NCBI GenBank assembly: GCA_045600745.1
Contig: JAZRYN010000218.1
Span: 1-28,079, forward strand
Direction of reading: 5' to 3'
DNA: 28,079 bases
Origin: Lachnospiraceae bacterium
Lineage (GTDB): Bacteria > Bacillota > Clostridia > Lachnospirales > Lachnospiraceae
A program made the translations under genes and the position numbers. The notes beneath the pieces were generated by a model that was not told the origin of the DNA, did no database searches, and saw only the letters and a program-made list of their open reading frames with translations. Of this stretch, positions 1-9,006 are shown in pieces (the stretch's first letter is position 1; each line of letters starts with the position of its first letter).

Positions 1-1950
1 GGCACTGTTCGTTGCCGCAAGCAGCATTCCTTCGCTGGTCACGCCGGTCAGGCGGGCCGGCGTCAGGTTGCAGAGAACGATGATCTTTTTCCCTACCAGT
101 TCCTCACAGCTGTAATCATCCTTGATCGAGGAGACGATCACCCGCTCCCGGATGCCGTCAAAGAGGGTCAGCTTCAGATTGCTGCGGGCCTTGCGGATCT
201 CCTGCGCCTTAACGATACGGCAGACGCGAAGGTCGCTCTTCATAAAGTCTTCCCGGCTTATCAGAGGCGCCTCAAACGGCAAGACCGGATCGGGAGCACC
301 GTAGCTTCTCTTCTTTTTCGGTTCCTCGACAGGCGCTTCTTCTACTTCCGGGTGAAGCTCCTTTTCTGTCTTCGGTGCGGTAAAATCAAGAAGAGGAAGA
401 ATATCCTCCGGCTTCATGGCGTTCAGGAACAGATAGAGACGAGGGCCTCTCTCCTTTCCCAGCAAAAGCAGATAGACCAGCTTGAAAAAGCGTCCTTGAA
501 GCGCCTTAAGGTTGGCGGCGTCTGCCCCGTACACCTTTTTGGGGATGTCATAAAGCTCGGCATTTAAGGAATCAAGCGAATAACCGCCGGCAGCAATATA
601 GCTTCGCAGCCGTTCGATCTCCGACTTTTCCTCGTCCGTCAGCGTTTCGTAAAGTGAAAAGTCCCGGGTCGACCGCAGCTTGTTGGCCTGCTCCGGCGCG
701 CACTGCTCGAGCCAGTACCTGGCAAGCGCAAGCCGGTCGCCGAAATCTTCACGGGTATAAGGCATATTGATCTTGGCAAAAATCGTTTCCATCAGAGGCA
801 CGTCAAAATTGACGATCGAGCCGAGCTGAACGAGGAGGGACATGGGCGGCGTCTTCAGATTCGCCCCGCGCGTCAGGCAGTCCTCCATAGCAATCGTTCC
901 GTATTCATCCGTCCGTCCGGCAACGTAATCGCCGAATTGCTTGTCAAATTCGAAATACTGGCGCAGGATCCCGTCGTCAAAGCAAAAATCAAAGGCTTTC
1001 GTGGGATCGCAGCGGGAATACAGCCAAAGAAGGACTTCGGGCTGATAGATCTTCAGCAACGTTTCCGGGGTAAGGTTCAGCCCGGAGGAGCCGCTCATCT
1101 TGCCGGTCGCCCCCTTGATGCCGATAAACTCATAACCCTGGAAAAACGGTGCGTCATAGCCGAAGATCTCCTTTGCAATGACCCTCCCGTTGTCATAGCT
1201 GCCGCCGGGACTTGCATGATCCTTCCCGCCCGGTTCGAAATCAACGCCCTCATACAGCCAGCGCATCGGCCAGTCGACCTTCCACGCCAGCTTGCAGTCG
1301 GAATCCGTGTTGAAGTCAAAGATCCCCCTGTGGCCGCAGGCACAGACATACTCCGCCTTATCATCCTCCGAAAGGCTTAAGATCTTCGTGGTGTCACGGT
1401 GACAGACAGGGCAGTAGATGCTGACCGGATAATAGGCCTCGCGTTCGCCCTCCTGTGCGTCCTGGGTCCGGAAGCTGTCAAGGATGTCAAAAATGCGGCC
1501 GCGTTCGTGAAGCGCATGCAGAATATGCTCCCGGTAAGCGCCGCTCCTATACATTTCCGCCTGATAGCGGTAGTCTAACGGGATCCCGATCTTTTCCATT
1601 GACGCGATAAATTCATTTTCAAAATACGAAGCGTAGGATCTTGCGCCGCTGTCAAAGGGATCGGGAACATCCACATAGGGGTAGCCGATATACTGATCAA
1701 AATCATCACGCACTGCGGCCACATTTTTCGGGATCTTGCGCAGACGGTCGAATTCATCCCAGCTGAACAGGAGCTTCGCCTTTTTTCCGGCACGTTCAAG
1801 CGCCTTGACCACAAAATAGCTCGTGGCGATATCTCGGAAGTTGCCGATGTGGATAGAGCCGGAGGGACTGATTCCCGCGGCGCAGACGTATTCCTCCTTA
1901 TCCGGACGGCGGGCAATGATTTTCTGTGCTAATTCATCTGACCAGTGCAT
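1..1950 (-). CDS. lysK: Class I lysyl-tRNA synthetase (LysRS1) with C-terminal tRNA-binding OB-fold domain; 3' end runs off the window
   Basis: Not in the ORF track. Translated by hand from ATG at 1950 (RBS AGAGGTG): MHWSDELAQKII...AAGISPSGSIHIGNFR (HIGN), FSWDEFDRLRK, CPVC...CACGH zinc knuckle, KLAWKVDWPMRW, FEPGGKDH, KMSGS, GPRL. After an acidic/Pro linker comes ISREDFMKSDLRV...ELVGKKIIVLCNL...SEGMLLAA. I found no stop in the 1-1440 stretch checked codon by codon, and 1441-1950 reads as continuous LysRS1 sequence. Confidence 0.93.
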   Translation of the reverse strand, partial: MHWSDELAQKIIARRPDKEEYVCAAGISPSGSIHIGNFRDIATSYFVVKALERAGKKAKLLFSWDEFDRLRKIPKNVAAVRDDFDQYIGYPYVDVPDPFDSGARSYASYFENEFIASMEKIGIPLDYRYQAEMYRSGAYREHILHALHERGRIFDILDSFRTQDAQEGEREAYYPVSIYCPVCHRDTTKILSLSEDDKAEYVCACGHRGIFDFNTDSDCKLAWKVDWPMRWLYEGVDFEPGGKDHASPGGSYDNGRVIAKEIFGYDAPFFQGYEFIGIKGATGKMSGSSGLNLTPETLLKIYQPEVLLWLYSRCDPTKAFDFCFDDGILRQYFEFDKQFGDYVAGRTDEYGTIAMEDCLTRGANLKTPPMSLLVQLGSIVNFDVPLMETIFAKINMPYTREDFGDRLALARYWLEQCAPEQANKLRSTRDFSLYETLTDEEKSEIERLRSYIAAGGYSLDSLNAELYDIPKKVYGADAANLKALQGRFFKLVYLLLLGKERGPRLYLFLNAMKPEDILPLLDFTAPKTEKELHPEVEEAPVEEPKKKRSYGAPDPVLPFEAPLISREDFMKSDLRVCRIVKAQEIRKARSNLKLTLFDGIRERVIVSSIKDDYSCEELVGKKIIVLCNLTPARLTGVTSEGMLLAATNSA

Positions 1951-1978
1951 AACAACACCTCTAATAGAAATTTAAGTG

Positions 1979-2007
1979 AGTATACCATTTCTGCCGCATA
2001 AACTCAA
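1979..2007 (-). promoter_or_regulatory. sigmaA-type promoter for lysK
   Basis: Minus strand TTGAGT-17 nt-TATACT with extended -10 TG, 28 nt upstream of the ATG. Confidence 0.65.
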
Positions 2008-2034
2008 GCAGAGAAGGCGGTAAAAAGCCGCTCT

Positions 2035-2787
2035 TTATCGCAGCATCAGCTCGACCGGACAGTGATCGGAGCCGTAGATCTCCTGATGGATCGATGCGGA
2101 AAGCATCCTGTCCTTCAGGGATTCGGAAACAATAAAATAGTCGATGCGCCAGCCTGCATTCCGCTCCCGCGCCTTCATCCGGTACGACCACCAGCTGTAT
2201 GCGCCGGTAAGGTCAGGGTGAAAGAAGCGGAAAGAATCAATGAAGCCTTCGGCAAGAAGCGCGGTCAGCTTGCCTCTTTCCTCATCGGAAAATCCGGCGC
2301 TCATGCGGTTAGCGGCAGGGTTTTTCAGATCGATCTCCTCATGGGCCACATTCAGATCCCCGCAGAGAATAAGCGGTTTCTTCGCTGCAAGGGAGACCAT
2401 ATAGCCGCGGAGCGCATCCTCAAAGCGGCAGCGGTATTCGATCCGTTTCAGCCCCTCCTGAGAGTTCGGCGTATAGCAGCAGATCAGGTAAAGATCCTGA
2501 AATTCGAGAGTGATCACCCGTCCCTCATGATCGTGCTCGTCCACGGGAAGCCCGCAGGTCACTTTGAGAGGCTTTATCCTGGTGAAGACCGCCGTACCGC
2601 TGTAGCCCTTTTTCTCCGCATAATTCCAGTAGGCTTCATAACCGGGGAGATCGACCTCCGCCTGCCCTTCCTGCAGCTTCGTTTCCTGAATACAGAAAAT
2701 GTCCGCATCAAGAAGGCGGAAGGTCTCCGTAAAATTTTTACCGAGTACGGCGCGAAGCCCGTTAACATTCCAGGAGATCAGTTTCAT
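2035..2787 (-). CDS. xth: Exodeoxyribonuclease III / AP endonuclease
   Basis: MKLISWNVNGLRA, QETK, GDLNVAH, GWRIDYF and SDHCP motifs. Start moved to ATG 2787 (RBS AAAGGA). Confidence 0.95.
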   Translation of the reverse strand: MKLISWNVNGLRAVLGKNFTETFRLLDADIFCIQETKLQEGQAEVDLPGYEAYWNYAEKKGYSGTAVFTRIKPLKVTCGLPVDEHDHEGRVITLEFQDLYLICCYTPNSQEGLKRIEYRCRFEDALRGYMVSLAAKKPLILCGDLNVAHEEIDLKNPAANRMSAGFSDEERGKLTALLAEGFIDSFRFFHPDLTGAYSWWSYRMKARERNAGWRIDYFIVSESLKDRMLSASIHQEIYGSDHCPVELMLR

Positions 2788-2816
2788 GGCAGGTCCTTTC
2801 TGCTGGCAGCAGGCGC

Positions 2817-2845
2817 ATTGTAACAAAAAGAAGCGAAAAAGTCAA
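2817..2845 (-). promoter_or_regulatory. sigmaA-type promoter for xth
   Basis: TTGACT-17 nt-TACAAT with extended -10 TG. Confidence 0.7.
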
Positions 2846-2866
2846 AGATACGAAAACAAAAGATAG

Positions 2867-2902
2867 AAAAGACCCCTCTCCGCCGATGCGGAAAGGGGTC
2901 TT
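2867..2902 (-). terminator. Intrinsic terminator after rny
   Basis: AAGACCCCT/AGGGGTCTT plus TCCGC/GCGGA stem, followed by a U-rich tract on the minus strand, 9 nt after the rny stop. Confidence 0.8.
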
Positions 2903-2911
2903 GCAGAGAAA

Positions 2912-4513
2912 TTATTTGGCGTAGTCAACGGAACGGGATTCACGGATCACACTGACCTTGATCTGTCCGGGGTATTCCATTTCATCCTCAATTCGCTTGG
3001 CAATATCATGAGCAAGAATCGTCATGGCGTCGTCGTTTATCTGCTCGGGAACGACCATTACGCGGACCTCACGGCCTGCCTGAATGGCAAAGGACTTATC
3101 CACGCCCTTGAAGCTGTTGGTGATCTCCTCCAGCTGAGAAAGGCGGTTTGTATAAGTCTCGAGCGTCTCGCGGCGCGCCCCCGGCCGTGCTGCGGAAATG
3201 GCGTCTGCCGCCTGCACAATGCAGGCGATCAGGCTGGCCGCCTCCACGTCGCCGTGATGAGATTCGACCGCATTGATGACCACTGCGTTTTCACGATACT
3301 TGCGGCAAAGATCCGCACCGATCTGGACATGGGTCCCTTCCATATCGTGATCAAGACTCTTGCCGATATCGTGCAGCAGTCCGGCACGCTTGGCCAGACG
3401 GACATCCAGTCCCAGCTCTCCGGCAAGCAGACCGGACAGATGAGCCACCTCAATGGAATGCTTGAGCGCGTTCTGTCCGTAGCTCGTGCGGAAATGCATC
3501 CGGCCGAGGAGCTTCACAAGCTCCGGATGGATCCCGTGGACCCCGACCTCGAGAACAGCGGCCTCGCCCTGCTCCTTCATCAGCTCTTCCACCTCTTTCC
3601 GGGACTTGGCGACCACCTCTTCGATTCTCGCCGGATGGATACGTCCGTCCAGGATCAGCTTTTCGAGGGCGATCCTGGCGATCTCCCGGCGCATCGGGTC
3701 AAAACCGGAAAGCACAACGGCTTCGGGGGTATCATCCACGATGAGGTCCACACCCGTTGCCTGCTCGAGCGCACGGATATTTCGTCCCTCGCGTCCGATG
3801 ATCCTTCCCTTCATTTCATCGTTGGGAAGCGGAACGACGGAAATGGACACCTCGGCAACATGATCTGCCGCACACTTCTGGATGGCCGTTACGATATACT
3901 CTTTGGCCTTCCTGGCGGCATCTTCCTTTGCCTGAGCATCGAGTTCCCGAAGCTTCTTGGCGATATCATGCCTTGCATCTTCTTCGACACTGCGAATGAG
4001 GTATTCCTTGGCTTCCTCCTTGGAAAAGTTCGAGATCTGTTCCAGCATGCTCTGCTGCTGGTCGATGATCTCCTGAACCTTCTGATCCTTCCGTTTTAAT
4101 TGCTCATCTCTTGCCTGAACGCTTTGCTCCTTGCGTTCCAAGGATTCGATCTTACGGTCAAGATTCTCCTCCTTGTTCTGCAAACGGCGTTCGGTCTTCT
4201 GTAACTCGGCTCTTCTTTCCTTGGTTTCCCGCTCCAGATCGTTCCTGGCTGCGAGGTTTTCTTCCTTGGCCTCCAGAAGAGCTTCCCGTTTCTTTTCTGC
4301 TGCTGTTTTAATGGCTTCATCTATGATTTCACGCGATTTCACCTCAGCCGTCCCCACCGTATTTTCATAGATCTTTTTCTGGTGAGAGGCGGAAAGGGTC
4401 CACGCGAGAAAAGCTGCGATCAATACACATACGACAATGATCCCGACCCAGATAAACGGACTCAGACCGGGCTTTGCCGATGACGCTGCAGCCATCATTA
4501 TCAGTTGCGTCAC
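2912..4513 (-). CDS. rny: Ribonuclease Y
   Basis: N-terminal transmembrane helix, coiled coil, KH motif [12 protein letters not shown] and HD motif LHDIGK. GTG start with RBS AAAGGAGG. Confidence 0.96.
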   Translation of the reverse strand: MTQLIMMAAASSAKPGLSPFIWVGIIVVCVLIAAFLAWTLSASHQKKIYENTVGTAEVKSREIIDEAIKTAAEKKREALLEAKEENLAARNDLERETKERRAELQKTERRLQNKEENLDRKIESLERKEQSVQARDEQLKRKDQKVQEIIDQQQSMLEQISNFSKEEAKEYLIRSVEEDARHDIAKKLRELDAQAKEDAARKAKEYIVTAIQKCAADHVAEVSISVVPLPNDEMKGRIIGREGRNIRALEQATGVDLIVDDTPEAVVLSGFDPMRREIARIALEKLILDGRIHPARIEEVVAKSRKEVEELMKEQGEAAVLEVGVHGIHPELVKLLGRMHFRTSYGQNALKHSIEVAHLSGLLAGELGLDVRLAKRAGLLHDIGKSLDHDMEGTHVQIGADLCRKYRENAVVINAVESHHGDVEAASLIACIVQAADAISAARPGARRETLETYTNRLSQLEEITNSFKGVDKSFAIQAGREVRVMVVPEQINDDAMTILAHDIAKRIEDEMEYPGQIKVSVIRESRSVDYAK

Positions 4514-4584
4514 AGGAGCACCTCCTTTATTGAATTTTCATGGTACAATATGTGAATTGCTAATGAAAACAACATATCTTTGAT

Positions 4585-4613
4585 AGATTACCAAAAAGCA
4601 GGAGGTCTGTCAA
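4585..4613 (-). promoter_or_regulatory. sigmaA-type promoter for rny
   Basis: TTGACA-17 nt-TAATCT with extended -10 TG. Confidence 0.7.
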
Positions 4614-4715
4614 GAAAAATTTCCTTTGCCCAGACGTTTGTCCGACAAAGTGTTTTCGAGGACCGCCAAGGTTGTCCGGCCAAGCCCGGTCAGGACGAGA
4701 GTCGCCGATTCTTTG

Positions 4716-6497
4716 TCAGGGCAGCGGTTCCGACGCAGGGAAAACAGACGGAGCGCCAAGGCTGTATTTATCCTGAAACTGTTTATACTGCTGCTTAAAG
4801 TCTTCATCCGAGTTTCGGAAGCTCCGCTGATTCTCGTGGATATTCATGGTATGGCTTACCCGGTCGAGGACGCCGCCCGAAATATTCGAGCAATGGTCGG
4901 AAACGCGCTCAATATCCGTCAGCAGGTCCGACCAGATGAATCCGGCTTCAACCGAGCATTCTCTCTTTTGAAGTCTTCGGATATGCCGGATCCGAAGCTC
5001 CTCCTTAAGGACATCGATCACCTGTTCCAGCGGCTCCGTCTTTTTGGCGGCAAGAGCGTCGCCGTTAATAAATGCCCGATATGACAGATCAAGGATCTCC
5101 GAAAGAGCGGCGCAGATCATTCTGTATTCCTGTTCCGCCTCTTCGGAGAATGCGATCTTCTTTTGCTGCATTTCTTCTGCCGATTCCAGAATATTGACGG
5201 CATGATCGGCAATGCGTTCATAATCGCCGATCAGCTTCATGTACTCCGTTGACTTTTGGCTCTCCTCTTCTCCAAGCTGATGAGATGTGATCTTAAGCAG
5301 GTAGGTGCCGAGAATATCCTCCAAATGGTCCGTTTCGTTTTCTGCCCTGCGGATCTCTTCCGCCTTCGGCTTCTTATAATCTAATACGCACGTCAGGCTC
5401 TCCTTTATGGCTCCGATCGCCTCCTTCGCCATACGGTCAAGCACCTGCCGGCACTGAGAAAGGGCAATGGCCGGACTTTCAAAGAGGCGTTCGTCCAGTT
5501 CCTTTACTCTTTCGGGAGACGCCCCATCCGGGATAAGGCGGCAGACCGTTTTTTCAAGCACTCCGCTAAGCGGAAGCATAAAAAGCGTGCAGAGGATGTT
5601 GAAGACCGTATGAAAGACCGCGATCCCCATAAGGCTTGCCTCCTGTTCCAGGATCATCGGTCTCACCGCCGCCTTAACGGCAGAAAAGACCGCAAGCCAC
5701 ACCGCCGCCCCGATAAGATTGAAGAAAAGATGGACGGAGGCGGCTCTTTTGGCATTCCTGCTTGCTCCCACCGAGGAGATCATTGCCGTGACGCAGGTGC
5801 CGATATTCTGTCCCATAATTATCGGAACGGCAGCACCGTAGGTGACCGCGCCCGAAGAAGCCAGTGCCTGTAAAATCCCCACGGATGCAGAGCTTGACTG
5901 GATCACGGCTGTCAGGACCGCACCGGCAAGCACGCCGAGCACCGGATTCGTGAAGGTCAGGAACATCTGCTTAAATTCCGGAATGCTTCTCAGCCCGGAT
6001 ACGGCGTCAGACATCGCCTCCATTCCGAACATCAAGGTGGCAAAGCCGAGCAGGATCATTCCCGTATCCTTACGCCTGCTGCCTTTCGAGGTCATATAAA
6101 AAACGATCCCGACCAGAGCGAGGATCGGGGTAAACGACGACGGCTTCAGCAGTCTGACGAAGGTGTTATCCGCCTCGATCCCGGTAAGACTTAAGATCCA
6201 AGCCGTGACGGTCGTCCCGATATTTGCCTCCATGATCACGTTGATCGACTGCCGCAGCGTCATAAGACCCGAGTTGACAAAACCAACGACCATAACGGTT
6301 ACCGCCGAGGAGCTCTGAATGACTGCCGTTACCCCGAGGCCGGTCAGCAGGCCTGCCGTTCGGGTCGCCGTCAGCTTCCCGAGAAGCCTTTGCAGCCCGT
6401 TTCCGGCTCGTCTTTCCAGCGCCTGTCCCATCATTGTCATCCCGAACAGGAACAGGCAGAGCCCTCCGATCATATTCAGCCCGTCAAATATGCTCAT
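4716..6497 (-). CDS. Na+/Pi cotransporter family protein with C-terminal PhoU-like repeats
   Basis: Two QSSS repeats (VIQSSSAVT, VIQSSSASV), xNIGT motifs, and a soluble C-terminus with YERIADHAVNI and IERVSDHCSNI PhoU-like motifs. Confidence 0.92.
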   Translation of the reverse strand: MSIFDGLNMIGGLCLFLFGMTMMGQALERRAGNGLQRLLGKLTATRTAGLLTGLGVTAVIQSSSAVTVMVVGFVNSGLMTLRQSINVIMEANIGTTVTAWILSLTGIEADNTFVRLLKPSSFTPILALVGIVFYMTSKGSRRKDTGMILLGFATLMFGMEAMSDAVSGLRSIPEFKQMFLTFTNPVLGVLAGAVLTAVIQSSSASVGILQALASSGAVTYGAAVPIIMGQNIGTCVTAMISSVGASRNAKRAASVHLFFNLIGAAVWLAVFSAVKAAVRPMILEQEASLMGIAVFHTVFNILCTLFMLPLSGVLEKTVCRLIPDGASPERVKELDERLFESPAIALSQCRQVLDRMAKEAIGAIKESLTCVLDYKKPKAEEIRRAENETDHLEDILGTYLLKITSHQLGEEESQKSTEYMKLIGDYERIADHAVNILESAEEMQQKKIAFSEEAEQEYRMICAALSEILDLSYRAFINGDALAAKKTEPLEQVIDVLKEELRIRHIRRLQKRECSVEAGFIWSDLLTDIERVSDHCSNISGGVLDRVSHTMNIHENQRSFRNSDEDFKQQYKQFQDKYSLGAPSVFPASEPLP

Positions 6498-6569
6498 TTG
6501 CCTTCTCCCTTCTTTTCTGTTGTACAGGATCAGAATATCGAAAGAACATCAAATGTATTATCTCAGTCC

Positions 6570-6586
6570 TGTAAAATTCATGTAAA
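6570..6586 (-). promoter_or_regulatory. Putative PhoP/OmpR-family binding box upstream of the Na/Pi cotransporter
   Basis: Minus strand TTTACA-tgaat-TTTACA, an 11-bp-period direct repeat. Confidence 0.55.
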
Positions 6587-6588
6587 GC

Positions 6589-6616
6589 AAAAAGCAGGAG
6601 GTGCTCCGCCCCCTGC
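6589..6616 (-). terminator. Probable intrinsic terminator downstream of the sensor kinase
   Basis: Imperfect GCAGG..GG/CC..CCTGC stem followed by TTTTT on the minus strand. Confidence 0.45.
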
Positions 6617-6707
6617 CTCATATATCAGCTGCTGCTCATTGAGCATCCGCTTAAATTGCCGCCGAGCTTTTCCGCTGCCTTACTCCTGTTTTCTTCGTAT
6701 GGCTCCT

Positions 6708-8066
6708 CTATTCCTGCTCCACCGGCTTATCCGGGATGGTCACGATAAATTCGCTCCCCTGTCCGGCTTGGCTGTTGACCTCGATCTTACCGTGATGGAT
6801 CATCACCGCATGCTTTACGATGGAAAGGCCGAGTCCTGTTCCTCCGACATCCTTGCTGCGGCTTTTGTCTGCCCGGTAGAACCGTTCGAAGATCCTTTCT
6901 TGCTCTTCCTCCGGAATACCGATCCCCGTGTCCTTTACCGTCAGGATCACGTCCGTCCCCGACCTTCGGATGCTGACCGTGACATTTCCTCCGCTGCGAT
7001 TATATTTGATGGCATTATCGCAGAGATTGTATACGGTGCTGTAGAGCAGCTGCGGAACTGCTCTTAAGGGCGCCTCCGTTCCCTTAAGGCCGATCGATAT
7101 ATGCCTCGCGGAGGCTTCGGCTTCCAGACTGTCGATGGCATTTTCAGCGATCCGGCACAGGTCGCACTCCTCCCAGACCGCTTCCCGACCGCCGTTATCA
7201 AGCCTTGTCAGGTCGATAATATCCTCGACGAGCCGCATCAGGCGCAGCGATTCAAGACGGATCTTCCCGGCAAACGGCACGATATCCGCGCTCTGTACCA
7301 TACCGTTTTCAATCAGCTCCGCATAACCGGAAATCGCATGAAGCGGCGTTTTCAGCTCATGGGAGACGTTCGCCGTAAACTCCTGACGGATCAACGCCGT
7401 GTTTTCTATCTGCTTCTGATCCTTTTTCAGCTGTGCCTGCTGCTCCGAAATATGCCGCAAAAGCGGCTCGACCTCCCGGTATTCCTTCCTGCCGTAATAC
7501 TGCTGCGGGTTTTCGGGATCGATCTCATTGATCGGCTTCACAAGCCCTGCGGCAAGCCTCGATGCAAGAACAAAGGACAGGATAAGCGCGATCACGATGA
7601 CGATGCAGACAGGCTGAGCAAACCCGAGAAGAAGCGACCACGCCGCTTCCTGCTCCACGGAAAGGCGGAGCACGGAGCCGTCCGGCAGCCGCTTTGCCGC
7701 ATATAGCTCTTTATCGGCCAGCGTCCCCGAATAACGGACGGCTTCACCGTATCCCTCTTCCCGCGCTTTCCTGACCTCTTCCCGCTCCAGATGATTTTCC
7801 ATTTCCGCCGTATCTGCTTCGTTGTCATACCATACGGAGCCGTCCCCGCCGATCCAGGTGATCCGGTAATCATCGGGATCAAGACCGTCAAAATAGTTCT
7901 GTCCCGACAGCGATACCCCCTGTGCGGCAAGCTCTGTCTGGTTTTTTAACAGCTTAAGCTGGAGCCTCGAAAAATAGTTATAGGAGATCCCGAGAAGAAA
8001 CACCAGTGAGGCAAGAAAGACAGCAACCGCTGCTGCCCATATTGCTCTGAAGATCTTACCGCTCAT
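6708..8066 (-). CDS. Sensor histidine kinase, PhoR-like
   Basis: Two transmembrane segments, H-box SHELKTPL, N-box NLCDNAIKYN, G1 DTGIGI and G2 GGTGLGLSIV. Confidence 0.92.
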   Translation of the reverse strand: MSGKIFRAIWAAAVAVFLASLVFLLGISYNYFSRLQLKLLKNQTELAAQGVSLSGQNYFDGLDPDDYRITWIGGDGSVWYDNEADTAEMENHLEREEVRKAREEGYGEAVRYSGTLADKELYAAKRLPDGSVLRLSVEQEAAWSLLLGFAQPVCIVIVIALILSFVLASRLAAGLVKPINEIDPENPQQYYGRKEYREVEPLLRHISEQQAQLKKDQKQIENTALIRQEFTANVSHELKTPLHAISGYAELIENGMVQSADIVPFAGKIRLESLRLMRLVEDIIDLTRLDNGGREAVWEECDLCRIAENAIDSLEAEASARHISIGLKGTEAPLRAVPQLLYSTVYNLCDNAIKYNRSGGNVTVSIRRSGTDVILTVKDTGIGIPEEEQERIFERFYRADKSRSKDVGGTGLGLSIVKHAVMIHHGKIEVNSQAGQGSEFIVTIPDKPVEQE

Positions 8067-8733
8067 GCGCCTCCTCCATTTTATACCCGACGCCGCGTAC
8101 CGTTTGGATCAGCCCTCCCGCTTCGAGAAGCTTGGTCCGAAGTGTGCCGATATGAACATCCACGGTCCTTGTTTCGCCGGCAAAGCCTGTCCCCCACACC
8201 TCAGAAAGAAGAACTTCTCTGGTAAACACCCTGCCCGGGTGCTCCATAAACAGCCTGAGCAGCTCGTACTCCTTCAGTGTCAGGATGATCGGATTTCCGT
8301 TTACGGCAGCGCTGTGCTTATTTACCTCCAGCGAAATGCTCCCGTTGGCAAGAAATGCGGTCTGTTTCGGAGCCGAGCGTCTGAGTACGGCCCGGATGCG
8401 GGAGATCATCTCCATCATTCCGAAGGGCTTTGCCAGATAATCATCGGCGCCTGCGTCAAGTCCGATGACCTTGTCGTATTCACTGTCTCTTGCCGTGGCC
8501 ATAATAACGGGAATATCGGCGGTGACCGGTGAACGGCGAAGTCTTTTTAACACGGTCAATCCGTCTTCTCCGGGCAGCATGATATCCAGGATGATCAGCT
8601 CCGGACGCTGCGCCCTCAGAGCTGTCCAGAATCCGCCGCTGCTTTCAAAGCCCCGGGCCTCAAAACCGGAAGCCTTTAGGGTATAGACCATCAGCTCACG
8701 GATACTGCTTTCGTCTTCCACACAATAGATCAT
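8056..8733 (-). CDS. OmpR/PhoB-family response regulator, PhoP-like
   Basis: Receiver domain (VEDE, LDIMLPG, KPF) and winged-helix output (RTVDVHIGTLRTKL, TVRGVGY). Overlaps the kinase start by 11 nt. RBS AAAGGAGG. Confidence 0.93.
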   Translation of the reverse strand: MIYCVEDESSIRELMVYTLKASGFEARGFESSGGFWTALRAQRPELIILDIMLPGEDGLTVLKRLRRSPVTADIPVIMATARDSEYDKVIGLDAGADDYLAKPFGMMEMISRIRAVLRRSAPKQTAFLANGSISLEVNKHSAAVNGNPIILTLKEYELLRLFMEHPGRVFTREVLLSEVWGTGFAGETRTVDVHIGTLRTKLLEAGGLIQTVRGVGYKMEEAHER

Positions 8734-8795
8734 ACCGTCTGCCTCCTTTATCTGTTGAGTTTAATGCCGAATTGTAAATCCTGCTGCCATCCTTA

Positions 8796-8812
8796 TGTAA
8801 AACCTTCGTAAA
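8796..8812 (-). promoter_or_regulatory. Putative PhoP/OmpR-family binding box upstream of the response regulator
   Basis: Minus strand TTTACG-aaggt-TTTACA with an 11-bp period. A TACAAT candidate -10 lies at 8771-8776. Confidence 0.5.
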
Positions 8813-8919
8813 GCGGTGCTTTCCGCTTGACGTTCAGGAAGAAGCCGGCGATCTCCCTCAACGATCGAGATCATTTTCTATCACGGCGTTCGTCCTCGTC
8901 GGCGCTCCCGTTTATTGTC

Positions 8920-8961
8920 GGAAAACAGGGCGTCACGCTCATAATGCTGCGCGGCGCCCTG
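8920..8961 (-). terminator. Probable intrinsic terminator after tyrS
   Basis: CAGGGCG...CGCCCTG stem followed by TTTT on the minus strand. A second perfect 9-bp hairpin lies at 8975-8999. Confidence 0.6.
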
Positions 8962-9006
8962 CTTTCAGGCTTGCCGGCAGGAAACGCTGCTTCCTGCCGA
9001 ATACTT

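Noticed and set aside
937-1380. ORF-track calls within 1-2191 (122-304, 352-567, 937-1380, 1095-1364, 1575-1916, 1961-2191)
   Set aside because: All overlap the real lysK frame, its promoter or xth.
4620-4715. GC-rich short palindromes between the rny promoter and the transporter stop
   Set aside because: Stems are short and mutually exclusive, and match no riboswitch or ncRNA I recognise.
4592-6602. Exact 15-mer CAAAAAGCAGGAGGT at 4592-4606 and 6588-6602, flanking the transporter
   Set aside because: About 0.4 such matches are expected by chance in 28 kb under uniform composition. The copies fill different roles (promoter spacer and terminator arm), and no mobile element is present. It would matter only if relatives lack the intervening gene.
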